This document shows, in pieces, positions 54,100 through 64,000 of a stretch of DNA of 64,000 nt. How positions within the stretch are numbered: position 1 is the first letter of the stretch; every line of letters begins with the position of its first letter. The position numbers were made by a program, and so were the translations under genes. Under the pieces are notes generated by a model. That model had not been told where the DNA came from and searched no databases. It was given only the letters and a program-made list of their open reading frames with translations. The stretch lies in contig NC_043006.1 of assembly GCF_006345805.1 (NCBI RefSeq), positions 21,452,001 to 21,516,000 of the forward strand. The letters run 5' to 3'. This stretch comes from Octopus sinensis. Taxonomy: Eukaryota.

Positions 54100-54610
54100 T
54101 ATACTGGCCTCAATCATCCTATCAAGATAGAATAAGAATATAGCAAACTTGATTTTGCCGTAAACACAACGCGGTTTCAGACCCAACAGAAACGCAGATG
54201 ATGTGATCTTTACTGTTTACTGCTCCCAAGAGAACTGTTACAAGCAATGCCAAAACTTGTTTCAAGTTTTTGTGGACATGTCAAAGGCCCTTGACAAGTT
54301 CAAAAGAGAAGCGTTATAGTAGATCCTGATCAACTTTGGCTACTTTTTGATAACATAATGTTATTCATAACATTGATGCCTGGGTAAATGTTGGTGGTAC
54401 CTTATCTGAGCCAAATAATGTCATGAATAGAGTTAGAGAGAGTAGTCCCATGACACCTACACATTTTCTTTTTATTTATAGCGCTAATTGGTGAATTCAG
54501 AGACTGAAACGAAGATATCTTCATTAAATTATTTACTATATAAGGCTTTGCTACGAAGACCTATGTCCTTCACAATCCTATATGCGATCTTTCATAAGCT
54601 GATGACTGAG
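54100..54610 (+). mobile_element. RTE-like RT fragment
   Basis: ILP*TQRGFRPNRNADDVIFTV..QENCYKQCQNLFQVFVDMSKALDKFKREAL. Confidence 0.75.
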
Positions 54611-54649
54611 AATGTAGGACTCACTCACTAATACACATACATACATATA

Positions 54650-54716
<67 letters not shown>

Positions 54717-54763
54717 CAACCATAAAACCATGTGTGTATAAATGTAAACAAACAAATATATAA

Positions 54764-54873
54764 TTGGCTGCTCGCTTCGCCAGCGGGGTGGCGTCATTCG
54801 AAGGCTAAAACAATGCGAACGCATTGTGACCAGCGATGTGTAGTGACATCTGATGGTCTGGTCGGTCACGTGA
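54764..54873 (+). mobile_element. Isolated SINE-R type B tail
   Basis: Matches 25961-26072; followed by (TA)n. Confidence 0.8.
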
Positions 54874-54887
54874 TCACCGATATATAT

Positions 54888-54925
<38 letters not shown>

Positions 54926-55111
54926 AAGAGAAAGAGAGACAGACAGACAGACAGAAAGAGAGAGAGAAAGAAAGAGAGAGAAGAGAGTAAATGTAAGGAC
55001 AAGCAGGTTAAGCAAATCGATATACAAAATATATAGAACGGAGTTTACAGATGGAATGTTTAAATTCCATCTTTAAACTCCATTCTGTCAACACCTCAGA
55101 TGTAAAATACT

Positions 55112-55209
55112 TCCCTGAAGACGGAGCTGTTGTTCTCCGATGATGGAATCAAGTTACTTGCAATCATTATTTTGGACCACCAAGCCCCCCCCCCGAAACA
55201 GCTGTAGGA
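55112..55209 (+). ncRNA. Predicted type I hammerhead ribozyme in a PLE-like element (54990-55410)
   Basis: Stem I TCC/GGA, CTGAAGA (55115-55121) plus C, stem II GG/CC with long loop, GAAA (55195-55198), palindromic CAGCTG, GTA triplet. Confidence 0.62.
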
Positions 55210-55427
55210 CTCATAAAGCTTCTACTGAACCCCTTTAATTCTTGATAGTTTTTTTCTATCTTGTGTAAGCCGGACTTTATTATATGTGACCATTTGTACA
55301 TATTTTGTATATCGACTTGCTTGTCCTGCCTTTGACCTCTTTACCTGATCAAGTTAAAATCTCCTGTGCACTATGAAGTGTATTCTATACAGAGAATACT
55401 GTTCTCTAAACTATATATATATATATA

Positions 55428-55632
55428 GTTAATCCAAACAAGAAAACACAAAAACACACAGCAACGCGAGGACGTGGAACAAATATACTATTATTGGACG
55501 CTCATGAAAGAAGGGAAGAAGGAGGGTTTAACGTTTCGAGCGGAGCTCTTCGCGGAACCAAGGAGAAGGAAAGATCCCGAGAAGGGAAGAAAGAGGAAAA
55601 AAAATTGCTGGCGGTGCTCACGAGGTCACATG
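55428..55632 (-). mobile_element. (TA)n-embedded element family A copy
   Basis: Reverse complement of family A; core degenerate. Confidence 0.7.
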
Positions 55633-55899
55633 TTGATATATATATATATATACATGTGTTTATTTATTTATTTTTATATATATATAATATATAATATTAT
55701 ATATAATATATATATATCTATATATATATTATATATGTGTTGGTGTGTGTTGTGTGTGTGTGTGTGTATATATATATATGTATGTATATATATATATATT
55801 ACACTCTAGTAAAAAGTATTGATTGATCCTTTACTTTAATGTGAAATTGTTTTATATACACTTTTCCCTACAAACACACACATACACACGCACACACAC

Positions 55900-55947
<48 letters not shown>

Positions 55948-56059
55948 ATATTATATAAAGGGAAAGTGAGTGAGTGTGTAAGTGAGAGGAGAGAGACAGA
56001 CAGACAGAGATGGATAGATAGAGATGTATATACACGTACGTGCGTGCATGTGTGTGTGT

Positions 56060-56094
<35 letters not shown>

Positions 56095-56764
56095 GTGCGT
56101 GTGTGTGTGTGTGTGTGTTTGTTTGTTTGTGCGTGTGTGCTTTCTATTATGTGTGTATCGACTGTAGTCTTATGAGCTGTGAATGCTTTCTTATTTTAGT
56201 GCCGTGTATTGTGTTTGCTGAAACAATTTCCAACAGCTTTGCTTATAAATAACTTAAGACAACGATGTGTTTGTGATCTGCTTATTTATATGCATCAGAA
56301 GTCATTTTTCTATCAAGGATTCATTTATAATGTTAACGAGATTAGGCTTGCTTAATTTATCTTCAGTATTTCGGTTTCAAACATTTTTATCGACTTTTCC
56401 AAAGTTTGGTTTTGTTTTTTTTTTTTATCGTCAGCGTATTTTATTCACTTCCGAATCCATTCTAAATGCTTTTGTAATTTTTTTTTCTTTAGACCATATA
56501 TCTGTTAGCTTTGTTTTATATCGCAGGAGTTAAGACTGAAGTTTCAGGTGGTTTGTATGCAAATCGGCTGATACCTAATATTTTACATAACATTTATTTG
56601 AATGAAGACATGTTTTATGGTAAGGTAGTTTGATAAAAAAAAAAAAAAGATTTATTTATAGCCTATCAGTTTTGTTTAAGAATTCCCTGTTGATTGAAGA
56701 AGTTTACCTAAGTTTTATTTTCATTTTGTTTTTGTTTTAATTTTTGCTTTATATACTCTCTTTA

Positions 56765-57175
56765 CACTCTCTACTTGTTTCAGTCATTTGACTGTGGCCA
56801 TGCTGGAGCACCGCCTTTAGTCGAGCAAATCGACCCCGGGACTTATTTTTGCAAGCCTAGTACTTATTCTATCGGACTCTTTTTGCCGAACCGTTAAGTT
56901 ACGGTGACGTACACACACCAGTATCGGTTGTCAAGCGATGTTAGGGGGACAAACACAGACACACAAACATATACACAACCACATTTGCACATATATATAT
57001 ATATATATATATATATACGACGGGCTTCTTTCAGTTTCCGTCTACCAAATCCACTCACAAGACTTTGGTCGGCCCGAGACTATAGTAGAAGACACTTGCC
57101 CAAGGTGCCACGCAGTGGGATTGAACCCGGAACCATGTGATTCGTAAGCAAGCTACTTACCACACAGCCACTCCT
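56765..57175 (-). mobile_element. SINE family C (CORE-like)
   Basis: Colinear with 20706-21108. Confidence 0.88.
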
Positions 57176-57249
57176 ATATATGTTCACTATATTTGTGCTT
57201 CTTCGTTGTTTATATAGTGACAGACTTTATTTTTAAAATATAGTGAGGA

Positions 57250-57950
57250 ATCATACTTTCTGCTAAGTCAGTGATTTTGGCCGCTTATTTTTAGATATTT
57301 GTTCATGTTGCATTATTGTGTCGGTTACACCATACAAGCAAACAGATAAGGTATTATTCTAATTTCTTTTCCTAGATCTCTTACACACTCATAAATTAAA
57401 GTGTACTTGAGTTTCCGCTGCTGATATGGAATGTGTGCTCACTTGTTATCATACCGAGATTCAATTTTCTTTTTCCGTGTACTTAAACAGTGTAAGCTTC
57501 TGGTATTACAGCTGCAGCCTTATCGTCCGTAATTTACTTAGGACTCCATGTTTTTAAAATGGTAGAGCACAAAACGGAGATAAGTTTGCTAAATTGCTAG
57601 ATCAAACAACTAAGTAAAGGCTGCTACACAATAAGTCTTTACTGTTGCTATCGGTAGAGCGCAGGGATGGATGTGAAGTTAGACGTTCGCTTTGAACGGA
57701 CATCGTTTTCACATTCAATCCCAAAACTGATTCTAACATGGTTTCATAGTAAACAAAGCCTAGAAAATTTAATTTGCTAGAGGGAAACTGTGTGAGAAGT
57801 TAGTCAGAAGGACCGTTCCTGTTCTTGACTTTAGCCGTCATCCTGTTTAATACTATACCTAGCCTTGGTCTCGTTAAGAAGAGTCCAATCTTTTGTAAGT
57901 ATTCAAGTCAGGTTCATTCATCTGAGGACTAATTCGCCCTTCTCAAAGTT
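57250..57950 (-). mobile_element. Possible very old CR1-like RT remnant
   Basis: Minus-strand CCATTTTAAAAACATGGAG..AATTACGGACGATAAGGCTG recalls P.FK.G...NYRPISL; VRDLG near 57375. Confidence 0.35.
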
Positions 57951-58585
57951 GCTATAAATGTTGAGATTTTACGGACGAAACCATTAAAAAATAAATCACA
58001 ATGTTCTATTTTTAATTGCCGAATCTAGAGGAAGGAGTAATACGCATTAACGTTGCAGATTCTCTCAGATCAAATGAGTTTTATACTGTTAATGTTACTT
58101 TACGCTGTTGTCGGTCAATACCTACAGGAATGACGTTAAAAAGATTTCAGAATGCCAATATTCTGGGGAGGAAGACCTGTGGTTAGTGTGTGGCCGGGGG
58201 AACAGACGCAACAAGGGGGCAAGAAAAGGTACAAGATTAACAATCTCCTTCCCTATGTACTGTGTTCAAATCCTATCGTGTGTCATTTTACATTTATACT
58301 TCCAGCATCGATGCAAAATGTCCTAATCAAGGACTGAGTGTTGGTTAAATCTTATACCCTTCCTTCCACAAAATTTTCGGACTTGTGTTATCTGAGATAT
58401 TACGAAAGCCCTCGATGTCTGTCCTTTTATTTTGCATTTTTTAATTTTTTGTTTTTCTCGTCCACTTGTTTATTAATCCCAGCTCCATGCTGATCCAACA
58501 AATCCTTGATTGAAGGCATTTCTTTTTTTTTTTACCCGGGCGCAATTCATACACAGTACCACATTACCTTATGTTTTCTTCTTGT

Positions 58586-58818
58586 AAGGCGGTAAGCTGG
58601 CAGAAACCTTAGCACGCCGGGCGAAATGCGTAGCCGTATTTCGTCTGCCGTTACGTTCTGAGTTCAAATTCCGCCGAGGTCAAATTTGCCTTTCATCCTT
58701 TCGGGGTCGATAAATTAAGTACCAGTTACGCACTGGGATCGATCTAGTCGACTTAATCCGTTTGTCTGTCCTTGTTTGTCCCCTCTGTGTTTGGCCCCTT
58801 GTGGGTAGTAAAGAAATA
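58586..58818 (+). mobile_element. SINE family M with 12-bp TSD
   Basis: TSD TTTTCTTCTTGT at 58574-58585 and 58825-58836. Confidence 0.9.
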
Positions 58819-59477
58819 TATATATTTTCTTCTTGTCTATCACATTTCAGTGGGGGAGATTCAAGGGTGATTTAGTTGCAATTTTTAGTGCACCAAAATG
58901 ATCGCGTTGATGAAGATCTCACATTATTCGATTTTTTAGTCTCCCTTTTTTTACCAAATAGCCAAGAAGGGAAGTAGTAAGCTTGTCCCGTTACAGTATA
59001 TCCGAGACTGCTGGGCTGGAGGAAGGAAGATATCCTTTAAATGGAAACATAGTTCGAATTCTTGCAACAGAGTGAAGTGCACTAATATCCTTCATGTGCC
59101 AGGTGATGATTATGCACCGGGTGAAAGATTAGTCCTTTTCCTGTCAAAAGCATTTTCGGAAGTTTGTCCAAAATGTCCACGCTTATTTTTAGAATTTAGT
59201 TAGCACTTGTTTCATAAAGTCTGAGTAATACAAAGCTTGCCTTTCATAAGTCCCAAGTTACTCTATTGCTTTTAAAAAATGGGAATAAGTATCTTATATG
59301 ATGCGTGAATGCCACGGAAACATCCTGTGTGTTACGTCTTATACATATCAGACAAAAGGTTCAGTCAACAGCTCCAGTAAATTATGGTGAGATTTGAACT
59401 CAGAACACATAGAACTGTTAACAAATAGTGAAAAACCTCTGGGCCCATATAATTATAGTCGTGATACCGCTTATCAT

Positions 59478-59857
59478 TCTTTCACTAGTTTCAGTCATTA
59501 GATTGCGGCCACGCTGGGACACCGCCTTCAAGAAATTTGGTCGAACGAATCCACCCTAGTACTAATTTTTGAAGTCTGGCACTTATATCGATTCTCTTTT
59601 GCCGAACCGCAAAGTTAATAGGACGTAAACACAGCAACATCAGCTGTCAGTCGGTCATGGGGGACGAACACAGACACAAACACACACACATACACAACAG
59701 GCTTCTTTCAGTTTCCGTCTACCAAATTCACTCACAAGGTTTGGTCGACCCGAGGCTAGAGTGGAAAGCACTTGCTCAAGGTGCCATGCAATGGGACTGA
59801 ACCCGGAACCATGTGATTGGTAAGCAAACGTCTTACCACAGATCTACACCTCTGCCT
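59478..59857 (-). mobile_element. SINE family C, diverged
   Basis: Colinear with the other family C copies. Confidence 0.8.
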
Positions 59858-59904
59858 GGTAAAATTTTATTTTCCCCATATATATGTGTGTGTGTGTGTG
59901 TGTG

Positions 59905-60212
59905 TGGAGGCGCAATGGCCCAGTGTTTAGAGCAGCGGACCCGCGGTTGTAGGATCGCGGTTTCGGTTCCCAGACCGAGCGTTGTAAGTGTTTATTGAGC
60001 GAAAACACCTAAAGCTCCACGATACTCCGGCAAGGGGTGGTAGCGATCCCTGCTGTACTCTTTCGCCACAACTTTCTATCAATCTTTCTTCTGTTGGACT
60101 GCTCGCTTAACCAGCGGGGTGGCATCATTTGAAGGCTAAATCAATGCAAAGCGCATTGTGACCAGCGACGCGTAGCAACATCTGATAGCCTGGTCGGTCA
60201 CGGGGATCACGG
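59905..60212 (+). mobile_element. SINE family R, tail type B
   Basis: Colinear with 25770-26072; followed by (TA)n. Confidence 0.88.
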
Positions 60213-60240
60213 GGATATATATATATATATATATCATTCA

Positions 60241-60450
60241 AAATGTGACCGCCTGTGTACCGATGGCGATTTTTTTCCTCTGTCTTCCCTTCTCTGGATC
60301 TTTCCTTCTCCTATGTTTCCGACGAAGAGCTCCGCTCGAAACGTTAAACCCCCCTTCTTCCCTTCCTTCCTGAGCGTCCAATAATACTATATTTGTTCCA
60401 CGTCCTCGCGTTGTTGTGTTTTCTCTTTGTGTTTTCATGTTTGAATTAAC
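60241..60450 (+). mobile_element. (TA)n-embedded element family A, best-preserved copy
   Basis: GTTT CCGACGA A GAGC TCC GCTC GAAA CG TT AAAC at 60315-60349. Confidence 0.72.
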
Positions 60451-61451
60451 TATATATATATATATATGCAAAGATGAAAGGCAAAGTTTTCTTCGGCGTT
60501 ATTTGAACTCAGATGGCAGGGACTCGGAACGGATAGGTTAAAGCATTCTGTCTGGCACCTGAGCCAATTCGCCGCCTATTTGATTTTATTATTTGATATC
60601 CGTGTATTTGTTTTAGATATGGCTGTCCTAGCAATAGCGTTGTTACTGTACATCAAACTGCGTGCGTTGGCTTTACAGTTACACTCTTTCTATACAATTT
60701 TCGTTGTAGCCAACTTCTGCCTCTATTATTGCTGCTATTATTGCAGGTGTAGCTTATCTAACTGCTACTGCTTCGGATTTTTCTTTTCTTTTTTTCTTGG
60801 TTTTGCTTTCTACTTTTTATAAATGTTTCAAATAAAATGAATTTAATTAAACATTAAATATGATTCTATGGATATTAGTGACAAAAATAGAATTAAACAC
60901 AATCAACAAATATCAATTAACTAACACAATTAACTGATAAACAGAGTGAGAGTGAATAAATTTTACTGCAATATCACGTATTAATGTCGACAGATGTTGA
61001 AACAATATATGCGTGTTGACACAAGCCAGCCCACATACGTATATGCATGAATATCTGCATGTATGTGTATACACACACGCACACACACATATGTATATAT
61101 AGTTGCATATGCATTCATACCTATATTTATTCATACCTGATTATATATTCATATATTCATTCATTCATTCATCCTTATATACACGCAAGGAAAATAGCAC
61201 GCAGTGTATATAGACTTGGCTTCATTTAGTCAACTATAAATTATGTATGTGTGTGTGCTCACTCGATTGTGTATTCGATTGATTCGCTCATTTTCGACGA
61301 GGGTTCATTGTTTGGGCAACATAGCTCTGTTGTTGGATCTACTGGACGGACTATTCCAACAACTGACATACCTTCCCTTAACGTAATTCTTAAGCCGAAC
61401 CAGCGTGGCATAAGTGCGACAAGGCTGAACTTTTGAATTAAACCTCTAATC

Positions 61452-61712
61452 CAGTGGTTCTCAACCGTTTTTATCTATGGACCTCTTTGATTCCTATTTT
61501 AATCAACGGACCCGACTCCCGCCATAACCAGTCGATGTTGGAAAAAATTCTATCTTATTTTCCTAATTAGATATTTCGGATTGTATTTCAAAACAGTGCT
61601 AAAATATTTTGTGTCGTAGAAATCTAGGCCTAACCAATTTATTGCACATAAATTTTAACAAAATCTTATATGGATCCCTTAGGGCTGTTTGGACCCCGGT
61701 TGAAACCCACAG
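61452..61712. mobile_element. hAT/Charlie-like MITE
   Basis: TIRs CAGTGGTTCTCAACC / GGTTGAAACCCACAG; imperfect 8-bp TSD CTCTAATC / GTCCAATC. Confidence 0.7.
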
Positions 61713-63211
61713 GTCCAATCCTTTTACCGACGTTCCATACACTTTTTCTGTGTACCTAATTTCACTGTCAAGGCTTGAGTGAATCTGAGGCTATGGCAAA
61801 AGTCACATGTCGAAGAAAATGACATGCAGTGAGATCGAACCAGGCAATTCTTGGTTGTGAAACGAACCTCTTAACAATTAGACGATAGGTAGGACTACAT
61901 TATCTAAAACTTGCGTCTCTTATTTAAGATGTTGGCAAGTGATTTGAGAACTACACATTTATACCTAAGTTATGTAGCACGTTTTCCTAAACAAAAGATA
62001 GAAGGTTTAATTCTAGCCAATCTCCACGGATATAAACTTTTACCCATCTCGTAACCCTCGGAACATTTACTGAGTGCCAAAGTTTAATATTAAATGTACT
62101 TTCTCTTTCCTTATAACATTATAAAGTTTGATACTGGAGAAAGAATTGGTTAAAAATAAAGGTGATAAAAAATATTTTCTCCATCACCAAACTTTGTCAA
62201 CAGTTAAGGTATACGAATGGCTTTCACAACAATTTAGGTATACGACTGGCTAAAATTACATTGCTTTGAGCGCTTAGGAAGGAAAATACAACCGTGTTTC
62301 GTGGTCTGCTACCACAACAGCTCCTTTATAGGATCCAGTTAGCTCAAGACATCATCAGGAGGAACCACGTCCGGTTTCGGCCCCTACTCCTCTACCGTTT
62401 TGACGTGCCCCCCCCCCCTTTCGGGGGTGTCTTCAGCTCTGGTGTTGGGTGCATGTCTTCTTTCTTCTGTTCCCTGGCCTCTTCGATGTATCGTCAGCGA
62501 GTGTCAGCCGGTGACTAACTGACTTGTCAAATTTTTCCCTTTAAATACCTGCCGCTAGGCTCCAGTAGGCAGCCCCAGCAAGTTAACTCATAAAAAATGA
62601 ATGCGATTTTTTAACATCGGTGCACAAAACTACACTAGCACTACATTTTTTTAAAATAACCAGGTAAAAATTTGAAAAAATCCAAGTTGTTGGTAGAAAT
62701 TCAACAAGATCTCATTATTTAACATGTACGTTTCATATGTGAAATGGCAGAGAGTGAATGAGGGAGACACGGCCGCTGTTTTTAGCCGATCGATTGACTA
62801 CGAAGTGGTTTCTTCGCTGTCTAAGAAAGAAAGAACTATATTCGACGAACGTTTTCTCTCATTGTTTATTGATTACAACTGAGATTTATTGTATTTTTTT
62901 TTACTAATCCTTGGACAATATTCTCTATCGGATCATTTATTTTAAATGCTAGATTATTTATCATAAGCTACTCATTAGGAATATAGAAACATTTTCATCC
63001 ATCCACAAGTGAAAATCAAAGTTGTTTTTTTTGCGTGTGTGTATATGTGTGTGGTGTGTGTGTGTGCGTATTTGATTATTTATTTGCTTGGTTCGTTGGT
63101 TGTTTGTTTGTCTGTAGTTTATTCTTTTGCCAGACACATTTCCTGCTGTCATATTGTTATAGTAACTAATGTTAGCAAAATCGTCCAGACAAGTGGCTCC
63201 GAATAATTTTC

Positions 63212-63321
63212 AAGTCTATAGAAAGAAAAAGAAGATAATACAAGAACCATTTGCGTACTTCCTTGGGAAGTCTATAGAAAGAAAAAGAAGATAATACAAA
63301 AACCATTTGCGTACTTCCTTG
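63212..63321. repeat. Tandem duplication with 56-bp period
   Basis: AAGTCTATAGAAAGAAAAAGAAGATAATACAA(G/A)AACCATTTGCGTACTTCCTTG at 63212 and 63268. Confidence 0.92.
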
Positions 63322-63354
63322 AAAAAATTATCTTTTTAAACTTCCAAATACAGG

Positions 63355-63549
63355 TTTTAAATTTTGGCACAAGGCCAGCAACTTCGTGGGGAAGACACCA
63401 GTACTCATCTCGTATTTATTTTGTCACCTCCGAAAGTATGCAAAGCAAAGTTGACCTCGGCGGAATTTGAACTCTGAATGTGAAGACGTACGAAATACCA
63501 CTAAACAGTTCTCCCCGGGGTACGAATGATTCTGCCAGCTCCCTGCCTT
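63355..63549 (-). mobile_element. SINE family M, diverged
   Basis: GCAAAGTTGACCTCGGCGGAATTTGAACTC..TCTGCCAGCTCCCTGCCTT. Confidence 0.8.
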
Positions 63550-63678
63550 TAAATATACAACTATAGAAAATGTAGAAAAACTATTGTTTACCATGTATAA
63601 TTTTAAAAAAAACTTGTTTCACATTATTAATAACTGTTTTCAAAACGTCCGTGTATCTGGATAAACTCTCAAAAGCCT

Positions 63679-63735
<57 letters not shown>

Positions 63736-63761
63736 TTTGTATCTGTATAAATGCACACACA

Positions 63762-63826
<65 letters not shown>

Positions 63827-64000
63827 ACACACATGATGGCTGCAACACGATTTTGAGCAAAGATTTGTTTGATTTGACCCTTAAAGATGAGCAGCATACA
63901 TGTGGATTTTTAGTCCTACAAGGGGCCTACACTCTTTAGCACAGATATGCCAACTACGGATGCCTCTCACGCCTAATGTTAAAGAGAGCTTACCACCCCC

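Noticed and set aside
59080-59150. MULE/FAR1-type HNH motif (minus-strand FHPVHNHHL)
   Set aside because: A single short peptide with no supporting context.

Overview
AT-rich, microsatellite-saturated eukaryotic non-coding DNA. The three tRNA-type SINE families and the dense (TA)n, (AAT)n, (CAT)n and (GAA)n tracts suggest an Octopus (coleoid cephalopod) genome; this is an inference from remembered repeat families, not a database result. No host protein-coding exon, rRNA, tRNA gene or CRISPR array can be supported, and most ORFs in the track are simple-repeat or SINE artefacts. Recognisable content: two decayed mariner elements; a near full-length decayed Tigger/pogo element; an R4/Dong-type RLE LINE plus a second 3' fragment, both tailed by (AAT)n; an RTE LINE and fragments; Penelope-like (PLE) RT fragments; three non-autonomous Helitrons; MITEs; a 34-bp minisatellite; and a large fold-back (CAT/GAT) region. 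The most notable signal is a set of several unrelated short elements, mostly sitting in (TA)n tracts, that carry minimal type I hammerhead-ribozyme cores with palindromic stem III, often inside inverted-repeat arms. One SINE family also repeatedly shows fold-back or locally templated additions and tandem body repeats. Coordinates were read by eye and may be off by a few bases.
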